From the NCBI GenBank assembly GCA_965644295.1, contig CBFFRP010000012.1, positions 50,296 to 114,295 on the forward strand: a stretch of 64,000 nucleotides of DNA, written 5' to 3'. Position numbers and translations under genes: made by a program. Position 1 is the first letter of the stretch, and each line of letters begins with the position of its first letter. A model generated the notes under the pieces. That model was given only the letters and a program-made list of their open reading frames with translations. It was not told the DNA's origin and made no database searches. Shown here one piece after another: positions 53,138 through 64,000 of the stretch. Source of the stretch: Paraphysomonas bandaiensis. Its lineage: Eukaryota; Protista; Chrysophyceae.

Positions 53138-53457
53138 CACTAGTGAAATGAAGAAGATCAAAAGAAGTTTAAAAAGAAGTTCATAAGGTAGTTCGATTAA
53201 GTTCAAAAGCAGTTCATACGGTAGTTCATTTTTTCATGAACTACCTTATGAACGTTTTGACAAAATGTTTACAGGTTTGCACAACATTTTTAACTACCAT
53301 ATAAACTACTTTATGAACTACCTTTTTTACTTTTTTACACTCTACACTTTTTTTACGAACTACCTTTTGAAGTACCTTTTGAACTTTTTCGCAGGACGTA
53401 CTACCTTTTGAACTACCTTATGAACTACCTTTTGAACTTGCTTATTTCACTCTAGTG
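53138..53457. mobile_element. CACTA (EnSpm/CMC) non-autonomous element
   Basis: Termini cactagtgaaat / atttcactctagtg, 3-bp TSD gct (53135-53137, 53458-53460), 12-bp subterminal repeats gaactacctt(a/t)t in opposite orientation in the two arms. Confidence 0.85.
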
Positions 53458-54529
53458 GCTCTTCCTTGTCCATATTCTGATGCTTTTTATTCGAAACATT
53501 GAGCAGAGAAGAATGATTTGCTACAGCTGTAGTCTTTAAAGTGCCATCATTCTCACTTTCGCTCGTGGTGAGCACAAATGCATTTTACGAACTCTATGCC
53601 AAACCTTAGCACAACGAGCAACAATGTATATCTTCGTGAGTGTGGCCAACAACCATGAGTCGAGACATATATGTAACCCCATCACAACGCCCCTTGCAAC
53701 AAGTAGCTCGCACATCCCAATCACCTCATACCACTACCGCAAATGTAGTTGTCACCGATTAAGAAATGCTGCAATATGGAAGGGGAAGAATTGTGGTGGC
53801 AAAATGTTTAAATCAAACGAAGTTGGTGCCAACAAGGTGTTGATGCTGTGCGCTCTGTGCCACAACTCCTTAAAATCTTTACTCTAGCCATCAATTAATA
53901 AATGCATATATTGTATACATGCAATACATAACATTATAACGTTGCATTCCAATGAGAATTGGACAGTCCGGTGCAGTTCCATAGCTTCCCAAGGGCCATG
54001 ACATCGGTGGGTTCACCGTTGATGAGGGACCTCGCTGCATTGTGAGTCTTAATGGAAATCAACATGTGCCTCACATCATGTCCCCTGAGCACATAATTAA
54101 GATATGTAGAGAGCTATAAATGTATTTTACATACCTCACAAGCGATATTGGGTTTACGCTTGATCATTAAGGGATCTCCCGTACAAGATACATAATATTA
54201 TACTGTGGTGCCTGTCATACAATGATTAGCACTCACAAGGTCGTAAATAACTTCCACAGAAGCATACTGAGGATAACAACTGCGAAATATTGAAATTCGT
54301 ACAAAATTGTGATAATGGATGCGAAAACTATCGTCACATTTATTTATACTATACATCATCGTATCACGCTTAACCCCTGCTACGTAGTGCAACTTACTCG
54401 AATGCTGTGATGATCTATTTTGAAAGTTGAGTAATCATGGTGATTTCCCAAAAATTGTGAAATATGATGAAATCATAACATACAAATGACTGTCAATATC
54501 ATCATAATTAGAATAGTAGAGAGTTTCCG

Positions 54530-54628
54530 TTCGAACCGAATATTGACGAGGAATGTGCTAATAAGAGCGTTCTGTTGAACCCAATTCAGGCCAAAAAAAC
54601 TTTATCGGGGACAAAAAGGGAATAATAG
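54530..54628 (-). mobile_element. Family B element, left subterminal segment
   Basis: Reverse-complement match to about 189-325 and 24313-24425. Confidence 0.55.
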
Positions 54629-55021
54629 ATTTTGAATGAATTCAACGTTCAGTTTTTGAAGTTATTTTACCATCCAAACGTCAAACAAATCTTGATATTG
54701 GTGTGCACCAGTAAATAGGATGCACTCTGAAAGGAATAGGCATATACAAACACCCACATAGATGTATTCTATTCTCCGTGCTTAGTTAACGCAATTCGAT
54801 GTAATAGCTTTACGAATACAACAGGTACTTCATTCGTGGATCCGAACATCTACTGCTCATCATCTAAATCTAAAAGGTTTCATTACTTCTGGAGGGGTCA
54901 GAGTCATCTCTTGAGTCCAAAGTTCCATGAAAACCGGAAAAAAGTTGAGAGTTGGGAGTTTCCGTTCTGTTCAACACATTAATTAACAAATATAGCGACG
55001 CGCTGGTATACATACGGTTAA

Positions 55022-57468
55022 CTACCTCTCAAGGTTAGAGGTAGAACTACTACAATTCACAGCAGGGTTGAGAGGTCCACATTCCGGCGGGTAATCGCAG
55101 AACATGGTTGTGTCTTCACGCTCATCAGCAGGTACATTGTCACAGTTCATACGTTTGTATTCACCTTGTGAGGAGAGCCATCAAAAATTAAACACCAGTA
55201 TGCACATGAATACAAAAAACATTATATACATTGCAAGAAAACACCATACGCAGTAACATACCGTTATAAAAGTACAGAACCAGAAGTGTAAATAGAAACA
55301 CCGCTATGGGCCCAGTAAGCTTTATCAGAGACAGACAAGAGTTATAATCCCACCTTGAATGAACACATTTGAAGGCGTAAAAGGGAGTGGTCCCCAAGAC
55401 CTCCAGCCTATTAAATACTGAACATATGTCATTCGAGCAGAATGGATAATCACAAACCTCTACCTGTGCAATAAATATGCATGGGATTCCAATGATATTT
55501 CCACCTGATAGATGACAAAATATATTACGTGAATCGCATTTATGGTTGGACAGGAGAAGGAGTAGTTTGCTACTCTAAAGTATGACTAAGAAAGCGTAGA
55601 TGTTGTCTACCCAGAGAAATGTACATCAGTTAACGTAGCATACACAAAAGCTACGTATTCGCGTATACCAACAAAGAGTAAGCCCGTCGACAGCTCCTCA
55701 GGGATCGGATATGTACATTCTGCACAATTTTCTACCACCGCTGGCAACATTGGAAGCATAAACAACCCTAACAAAACATGCAAATGGTCAAACTACAATG
55801 ACTCGAGAAAAATACATCAAGTGGCATATATTCTCCGGTGGCTTATTCAATGGAAAAGTAATTCGCCTCTAAGTGTATCGCTTCTTACATACCGAGCAAG
55901 CAAAAGGCAACCAGTAGACCGTAAAAGTTGTGGGAAAAAAGCATGGAGAAGAAAAACAACATCGCCAATTGACATAACAAAAATCCTCCCTTCAAAATAG
56001 TGCGATAAGCATGGGTTGTTTCCAACATGGCACCTGAAAATTAATAATATTGAAATACTAACTCAAATACTTTTGAATTCTATATTCTCACCTGCCACCG
56101 CAGCACCGACGAGTCCACAGACTATCAAGACTGCACCAAAGGATCCAGCGTCATCGTTGCTGCACATATGTCAACTACACGCCAGATACACATAAATAGA
56201 TACGCATGTAAACACCTGTATCCAAATGGTTCCACTATTTGATATATGAGCGTGAGAAAAGTATTAAATAGACCCAGTCCCGATGAGAATGCAACTAACA
56301 AAATGACATAATCTTTGTTATTCATTAAAGCCGAAAACTCTCGGTTGAGTCGGTTCCATCCTCCCTCAATATCTCCAGAGTCTATACTTGAATAAATATC
56401 GATTCCTGTAAGCGTCAACATTTAAATACTCAATGACTGTTGGGACAGACATCATGCACTGTACCTGCGTTGCGCAATTGAGTTGAGTACGACGGTGGCG
56501 TTGGAGGTTGTGACTGAAAGAACACGATGGTAATAACTAACGAAACTAAAGTGATCAGTGCTTCACAGAGGAGAAGGGAAGTAAACCCTGTAACATGATT
56601 CGTTTCATCATTTTCTGATACGAACATGGGGGGTAGAACCTGAGCATTGCATTAGTGGACAAGACTTATTCACGCCGACATCACTTCAACATTATTACCT
56701 GCCCCACAGCATTCCCCAAAGGGTTAAAGAGTGAGGCTATCGCAGTAGCAATGTCTCGTTCAGATATGGAAAACCAAGCAGCAGCGAGGGATACAGGTAA
56801 ACTATTGAACATTGGTTGTGCCAATGCAGCCAAACATTGACCAGACAAGACAAGAGCGTAGCAGCAAACATTACCTGAAGAAACAGATAACACAATAAAC
56901 TCTACAGTAACTAAATTGAACTAACCAATCTCATCCTTCCAGTAAGCCGCAATTACACGTAGGGTAGCACCTGCAAATGTCAGCCACCCCCCTGTCATTT
57001 TAATAATAATTAGTATACATACTTCATAAAGGGTATAGCGCAGACCACCTAATACTAGAGTGCCACGTAGGCCACGTCTTTTCATCGACATTATACCAAT
57101 CAATGTCCCCGGGCCGTAAAAGATTTGAAATACAATAGCTAAGAAGTTAACCGCTGTTGTCCCTATGCCTACATCATCACAATCAGACATGAAAGTAAAC
57201 ATACAAAAAACGCATAATACTAATATATGCACCAAAATCATACAAAATAATATAGTTTATAATGATGAATAGTACTGACATATACAGCTGTACCATTAAA
57301 ATAATCTGAGGCGTCATCAGATATAGGGGCAAATGTGATCCACATCATGGCATTTGTCAAACTCAAGAGACAAAATATAATCAACATCCACCATCTTGCA
57401 GGGTATGTCTTATATTCATTGGCAATTAGTGGCTCCTGAAATACTTTATTCTCGTCGTGAGTGAGCAT
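55022..57468 (-). CDS. MFS transporter, SLC49 (FLVCR/DIRC2/MFSD7)-like, multi-exon
   Basis: YPARWWML...NAMMWITFAPI, GQCLAALAQP, WFSISERDIATAIASLFNPLG, PPTPPS, terminal exon GEYKR; many short introns. Confidence 0.85.
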
Positions 57469-58216
57469 TCGGAAGTATCAGTGAGATGAGCAGATCAGCT
57501 CAAACGAGAAAAACTATTCGTAGTTCCACTTTCGGCAGTGACAAATACACCTACAATCCTAAATGGCAACTAGCTAGTGCGTCCATAAGATGGGCATGTA
57601 CACGATGGATCAGGTCCTTTATGTCAATGGATTCGGGTGCACAGTCCAATCACGTCAAATCATTGTGGTTTATAAAATATATCATCAGTGCTGTTGTTTT
57701 TGACGGATTTAGAGGTAACTACACTGTATATACCGGTATACATACAGTGCAATAACCATACACCACACCGTCCGTACACATTTGGCATATAGTCATACAT
57801 ATCCCAGCAGCAGTAACATTTTCGTATCGGCAGTCTGCATCTTAGTTTTCGGAAATAAATTGAAGCAAATATACTCTATATAACTGCAATACAACTACGA
57901 CTGAAATACAGAAAATTGTTGTCTCAATATTAGAGGCATCTTGGAACAAAAATATACAAAGAATGCCGATACGTTCAGTTTTCTTATATAAAAAAGTTAA
58001 GTTGCTGAAGTTGCGGTTACTTTGTTCAGTATTAAAGTGGCAGTATTCTGTACATATATTATGTAACTCACCTTCATTCTGGCTGTGTCGTTAGTAGCGG
58101 ATTTTACTGGAGTATGACTACAAATCATCGAAACCTGTGGTCTGAATTTGATAATCAGCTCTGAATATTACCATAAAAAACAGAAGTCATGAGTTCAACA
58201 CTCTGAGCTGCCCATA

Positions 58217-60432
58217 ATGATTGTCGTCCCATTCCAACGACTTCCGCGTAAATCATATGACCCACGGGAAGATATCCCTCGAGTTGATATCGAGTACCTG
58301 CAGGACTACGAGTCTGAAACATATTCAAGTTCGAATGAATCAGAGCGCTCATTTATGTTTTCTGATGGATCGAGTGATTCAGAGGAGTCTTATGGATCCC
58401 CACAAACCGGAGAGTACAGTTCGTTTATCTCTGAAAATATGTCTGCGGATTCATATGATGAGGAAGCTGATATTGTTGAGGAGCCGATGAATGAATCATC
58501 CAAAATTACAGGTAGCGTACACAGTGTGCGGTCTCAAAAACGAAAGAAGCACGGCTTTTTAAAGCGCCTCAAAATGTTCATTCGAAGAAGAAAATCATAC
58601 GTTAGATTTCAAAATTGGCGTAAGCGAAAGGCCGAAGAGAGGCGGCACTTTATGATACGGATGTATGAAGCAAAAGCTGAAGATGAGTATCATAGAGCAA
58701 GAGAAGAAATCCTTAATAAAATTCGAGAAGATGAAATGTGAGTAGTAGATCATACACAGAGTGTAACCCATCGTGTAGTTGTGTATATTTGTATTTCTTT
58801 TTGGAATAGTGGTGGTGCTCTATTGATAGTGATACTTTAGGTTGGTTTTGAAGACCGCAAAGCGCCTTAGGAAAGTTCAAAAGACACTTGTCATTCGGGT
58901 ATAGCTTCCCTGCTTTAATTATTTATGCTAGTGATGTGCATGAAATCTCTGGACTAATGCTACGGGTCTGTATTCTCATCGGAATGTGTATAGAACAATG
59001 CAAGTTTTGTCAAAGATCATAAGTTTGAGCATGAAAAGGTCGTTCGCAAGAAAGAAATGGATCGCCTTGAATTCAATGTTCTATACTTTCAGGTATTGGT
59101 AAAGTAGTGTTGAGTAGTAAATTTAATCTAACTGAATGCTACTTCTTACCATCAAGAAATGGGCATTGGAAAACTTCCATCGGCACAATGAAGAAGCCGA
59201 GGCGAAAAGGATCGAAGATATAGCTGCTGAGAACAAGCGCTTGAAACAGCTCCAAGCAAGGAAGAAAGAAGAGTTTGGCCTAGACGACGAGAGCAAACTT
59301 CAGGCGGATATTGCGGAGACCCAATCTTTACATCGTATGGCGAGGAAACATGGTACACGAGTTGGCGTGAACGCCATATGTCATCAGGTTATTCCAGAGC
59401 CGCTGGTGGAAACTACACGGAAGCTTTTCCTGCGACTAAGAGATGATGTAGATTTTAGCTGGAAACCAAAGCATATGCGTACTCGAGACCAATTGATGCC
59501 GTTCACTGTGGATTTGCGTTCTTATCGTGATGTAGAGACGTTGGTGGCAGTAAATATTGGGGAGATTGGATGTTTAGCTTTGAGTGCGGAGTTTGTACGG
59601 GGTTCGTGCTCGAATGTGGTTGAGCTGGACATGAGCAGGTACTTCTAGCGTTGCTTTGATGTGTCCTCACACACATTGACATGCTCTGAAAGTTTACGCT
59701 TAATGTGAATTGTCATCACGTAGCATAAGTCTTTTCGTTTGATAGTACTCCTGTCTCATTGTAGTTTGTGTTTCTCTGTAGATGTCAGATTCACAGTCGT
59801 GGGTTTGGACGTTTACTTCATGGACTTAGAATTGGTAGAGTAATGAACCTCCGAACCCTCAAGGTCAGAGGGAACGCTCTCTGTCCTTCGGCTTTAGATT
59901 TTCTTAGAGTTGGTGAGTGTTGTTCCAATCAATGGATATTCAATTGGTATTTGTGTGTCATTTTATATCCGTTGTACTGAGACATTATGCAATCAATATA
60001 TTTACTATGGATAGCATACTGTACGAGTTATGAATATGCTGCTATAAAATATTTTCTACTACTCAGTATCCTTTGTAGCACTAGGAAACGGGTCTCTTCC
60101 TAATTTGCGCACATTAGACCTGCGAGAAAATGAACTCGGAGATATTGGTGCGGATAAGATTTCTCACATGATGATGGATGATTTGTTCATTTCTATTTCC
60201 GTTTTATATTTACAAAGGTAGGTATTTGACTTGTGAGGTATATGACTTGTGATATTGCTTTCTGCGTAGGAATGGAATTGGAAATAAAGGTGTCAAGAAA
60301 CTTGTGAATATGCTTCGAGCAATCAAAGATGTGCATTGCCCAAAGCTGTCAAATATTAATATAGAGGAAAATCTGGCCACCGCTGCTGTTAAGCGGGATC
60401 TCCGGCCTCTTCCACCTGGAGTAAGTTTGTAG
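58217..60432 (+). CDS. Coiled-coil plus RNI-like leucine-rich repeat protein, multi-exon
   Basis: Acidic then charged N-terminus; LRRs NIGEIGCLALS, LRTLKVRGNAL, LRTLDLRENELGDIG, NGIGNKG; stop at 60430-60432. Confidence 0.75.
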
Positions 60433-60512
60433 ATTAGAACTATGTGTGAGAGTTTTCATAATTGTATGTTGCACTTTTTAAATAACATTTAACTTGCGTT
60501 CGAATAGTTGTT

Positions 60513-60628
60513 GGTTAGGGTTAGGGTTAGGGTTAGGGTTGGTTAGGGTTAGGGTTATAAGCTGTCCCCCGATAGCTCCTTACCCATTTGAGGTGTGGAT
60601 CTTAGGGTTAGGGTTAGGGTTAGGGTTA
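60513..60628 (+). repeat. Two TTAGGG arrays (60513-60557, 60602-60628) flanking a 44-bp truncated copy of the telomeric element
   Basis: Directly visible; the spacer differs from later copies at 2 positions. Confidence 0.95.
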
Positions 60629-61192
60629 TACGCTGTCCCCCGATCGCTCCTTACCCATTTGAGGTGTGGATCTGTTTAACAATCAAATTTAAGCCAATCA
60701 AAAAAAGTAAGTTTACCATCGCGCATTATTCTTGATATAGAATACATAGAATACAGTGAATACGGCTCTGTGAGCGTTTTGAGCTCATAACTTATGAGAA
60801 TAATTTTTTTAGGCAAAGGTCGTATTTTATTACTAGAGTAATGTGGGTATTCTGCGTTTACTGATATATTTTTTAATTTTTATTACCCCGTAGTTCCAGA
60901 GATATTATTTTTATGGGGTGCGGTTAAGGTTAGATAGAGGTGTGAGCTCCTAACTTTTTATAAAAAGCTTTATAGGTGAAGGTCATAGGTTTTTACAAGA
61001 ATAATATGGGTACGCTGAATTTACTGATATGTTTACTTTTTTTTAACTCGTCATAGTTCTTGAGATATCATATACCCTACCCTAACCTTAGCCCCAACCC
61101 TAACCCCAGCGAAAACCCAAAGAATATCAGAAGCATCACAATTCAAAGTATGTCAATTTTTGACTTACAAACACTTCATTTTTGACTTCATT

Positions 61193-61660
61193 TATATATA
61201 ACATATATATAACATATACACACTTCATAGTAAGTCAATATATACTTCATATATACACATATATACCTATATATAACATATATAACATACACACTTCATA
61301 GTAAGCGAATTTATACTTCATATATACACATATATACCTATATATAACATATATAACATATACACTTCATAGTAAGCGAATTTACACTTCATATATACAC
61401 ATATATACCTATATATAACATATATAACATACACACTTCATAGTAAGCGAATTTATACTTCATATATACACATATATACCTATATATAACATATATAACA
61501 TACACACTTCATAGTAAGTCAATATATACTTCATATATACACATATATACCTATATATAACATATATAACATACACACTTCATAGTAAGCGAATTTATAC
61601 TTCATATATACACATATATAACATACACACTTCATAGAAGTCAATATATACTTCATATAT
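61193..61660. repeat. 71-bp AT-rich minisatellite, about 6.5 units (second copy at about 63198-63665)
   Basis: ttcatagtaag at 61224, 61295, 61366, 61437, 61508 and 61579, then a 52-bp partial unit. Confidence 0.93.
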
Positions 61661-61754
61661 ACAACAGCTGTTTTTTTGAAAGCAAATGTAATAAGTTTAG
61701 GAGTATTATTATTATTTAAAGAAAACACATGTGAACAGACTACTAGGACTAGGA

Positions 61755-62483
61755 CTACCCGTCGTGTGCACGGTTTCGAGTTTTGATCCGAGTTTTCCGG
61801 TTACGCAATTTATATTTCTTGCCGGTGTTATCGGGAGGAGGAGGCCTAGGGCGTTTATGGGAGCGGCGACATGGATCTGGTGCGTTTTCTACGTCGAGGC
61901 GCCGTTCATTTAATTCTCTTTCCTCATAGAAACCGTAATTGTTGGTCCAGTGTGTCTTCCAGCCGGGTCCAAAGTTTTTGGTATTACATTGTTTTGGTAT
62001 GTAATCCATCCGCGAGGTGCGTCGGCTACGTGGGGTATTCGAATATAACAGCCATCCAGTCTGCCACTGGTTTTTCAGGCTGCGGGGGGTATCGACCATC
62101 CACTCAGCGAAGGCCATATACTCCGTCTTTGCAATGTGTGGATAATCGGGCATGTCAGGGTATTCTGAAGTACGAAGGAGGATTATCTGACAGTTGTAGA
62201 GGGCCTCAGTATCTTCGGCTGCTTCGTTAAAGTATGATGCTGGCCAGCAATTTGGCTCATCAGGTAGTAGGCATGGGTTACCATCCATTGGAACGCCATT
62301 GACACCAAGAAGATACGCAGCACTACGTTTGCGACTTGGGTTTCGCGATATGGTTGTCCACTGCGTGGCATCTACTTGCTGACCACCCATCGGTATTAGC
62401 AATCCCTTACGAGGATTGTACAGTTCGATGAACTTTCCTAACTCTGCGGATTCAGATATTCTGATATTAGGCCATTGCCACAC
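61755..62483 (-). CDS. 5'-truncated ORF, divergent SET-domain-like protein with a basic C-terminal tail
   Basis: 242 codons, GC-richer than its flanks. Order of motifs IRISES..G, KGLLIPMGG, YLL...DGNP, ASYFNE...NC, F....D, LLY parallels the SET fold. No ATG upstream; the frame runs into the telomere repeats. Confidence 0.5.
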   Translation of the reverse strand: MWQWPNIRISESAELGKFIELYNPRKGLLIPMGGQQVDATQWTTISRNPSRKRSAAYLLGVNGVPMDGNPCLLPDEPNCWPASYFNEAAEDTEALYNCQIILLRTSEYPDMPDYPHIAKTEYMAFAEWMVDTPRSLKNQWQTGWLLYSNTPRSRRTSRMDYIPKQCNTKNFGPGWKTHWTNNYGFYEERELNERRLDVENAPDPCRRSHKRPRPPPPDNTGKKYKLRNRKTRIKTRNRAHDG

Positions 62484-62491
62484 TCCGTCAA

Positions 62492-62633
62492 TTAGGGTTA
62501 GGGTTAGGGTTAGGGTTATACGCTGTCCCCCGATCGCTCCTTACCCATTTGAGGTGTGGATCTGTTTAGGGTTAGGGTTAGGGTTAGGGTTAGGGTTAGG
62601 GTTAGGGTTAGGGTTAGGTTAGGGTTAGGGTTA
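62492..62633 (+). repeat. Two TTAGGG arrays (62492-62518, 62566-62633) flanking a 47-bp truncated copy of the element
   Basis: Directly visible. Confidence 0.95.
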
Positions 62634-63979
62634 TACGCTGTCCCCCGATCGCTCCTTACCCATTTGAGGTGTGGATCTGTTTAACAATCAAATTTAAGCC
62701 AATCAAAAAAAGTAAGTTTACCATCGCGCATTATTCTTGATATAGAATACATAGAATACAGTGAATACGGCTCTGTGAGCGTTTTGAGCTCATAACTTAT
62801 GAGAATAATTTTTTTAGGCAAAGGTCGTATTTTATTACTAGAGTAATGTGGGTATTCTGCGTTTACTGATATATTTTTTAATTTTTATTACCCCGTAGTT
62901 CCAGAGATATTATTTTTATGGGGTGCGGTTAAGGTTAGATAGAGGTGTGAGCTCCTAACTTTTTATAAAAAGCTTTATAGGTGAAGGTCATAGGTTTTTA
63001 CAAGAATAATATGGGTACGCTGAATTTACTGATATGTTTACTTTTTTTTAACTCGTCATAGTTCTTGAGATATCATATACCCTACCCTAACCTTAGCCCC
63101 AACCCTAACCCCAGCGAAAACCCAAAGAATATCAGAAGCATCACAATTCAAAGTATGTCAATTTTTGACTTACAAACACTTCATTTTTGACTTCATTTAT
63201 ATATAACATATATATAACATATACACACTTCATAGTAAGTCAATATATACTTCATATATACACATATATACCTATATATAACATATATAACATACACACT
63301 TCATAGTAAGCGAATTTATACTTCATATATACACATATATACCTATATATAACATATATAACATATACACTTCATAGTAAGCGAATTTACACTTCATATA
63401 TACACATATATACCTATATATAACATATATAACATACACACTTCATAGTAAGCGAATTTATACTTCATATATACACATATATACCTATATATAACATATA
63501 TAACATACACACTTCATAGTAAGTCAATATATACTTCATATATACACATATATACCTATATATAACATATATAACATACACACTTCATAGTAAGCGAATT
63601 TATACTTCATATATACACATATATAACATACACACTTCATAGAAGTCAATATATACTTCATATATACAACAGCTGTTTTTTTGAAAGCAAATGTAATAAG
63701 TTTAGGAGTATTATTATTATTTAAAGAAAACACATGTGAACAGACTACTAGGACTAGGACTACCCGTCGTGTGCACGGTTTCGAGTTTTGATCCGAGTTT
63801 TCCGGTTACGCAATTTATATTTCTTGCCGGTGTTATCGGGAGGAGGAGGCCTAGGGCGTTTATGGGAGCGGCGACATGGATCTGGTGCGTTTTCTACGTC
63901 GAGGCGCCGTTCATTTAATTCTCTTTCCTCATAGAAACCGTAATTGTTGGTCCAGTGTGTCTTCCAGCCGGGTCCAAAG
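62634..63979 (-). mobile_element. Telomere-associated element, long copy 2 (diverges from copy 1 after 63979)
   Basis: Identical by eye to 60629-61974; the last 21 bases of the window are unrelated to copy 1. Confidence 0.8.
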
Positions 63980-64000
63980 CGGTACAGCACGCCTGGCAGG

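Larger units (their letters stand above)
60629..62491 (-). mobile_element. Telomere-associated element, long copy 1
   Basis: Bounded on both sides by TTAGGG arrays; repeated with a 2005-bp offset at 62634. Strand assigned from its ORF. Confidence 0.8.

Noticed and set aside
60629-61200. Hammerhead ribozyme expected at the 3' end of Penelope-like/terminon elements
   Set aside because: I found no CUGAnGA...GAAA core on either strand (only ctgatat), so the Penelope-like assignment remains unproven.
60494-62622. Short ORFs with LGLGLG/VRVRV and YICVY translations
   Set aside because: Translations of telomere repeats and the minisatellite.
60513-62680. Repeat-spacer pattern resembling a CRISPR array
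   Set aside because: The alternating blocks are TTAGGG arrays and copies of one sequence, not unique spacers; eukaryotic context with no cas genes.

Overview
Eukaryotic nuclear DNA with short GT-AG introns, the standard genetic code and TTAGGG telomere-type repeats. The gene set (PT-repeat/REJ giant protein, BK-type channel, histone 3' stem-loops) suggests a stramenopile protist, possibly a chrysophyte; this is inference. Host genes: a CAR/GCR1-like 7TM receptor, a fucosyltransferase-like protein, a calmodulin-like protein, an internally duplicated membrane protein, RTF1, a divergent H2A/H2B pair, a polycystin-1/REJ-like giant protein head-to-head with a BK-like K+ channel, an SLC49/FLVCR-type MFS transporter and an LRR protein. 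The intergenic DNA holds a modular non-LTR (SINE/LINE-3'-end) repeat family sharing one structured core, hAT and CACTA MITEs with target-site duplications, an inverted-repeat-ended element, and two Ty1/copia elements. Two highlights: (1) from 60513 on, a telomere-associated element appears as co-oriented copies that all start at the same end, are truncated at different lengths (44 bp, 47 bp, 1863 bp) and are re-capped by TTAGGG arrays, the long copy carrying a 5'-truncated SET-domain-like ORF; (2) a two-LTR copia element contains a precise 200-bp antisense insertion of the 5' half of the neighbouring histone H2B gene. All protein calls are from motif recognition, not database searches.
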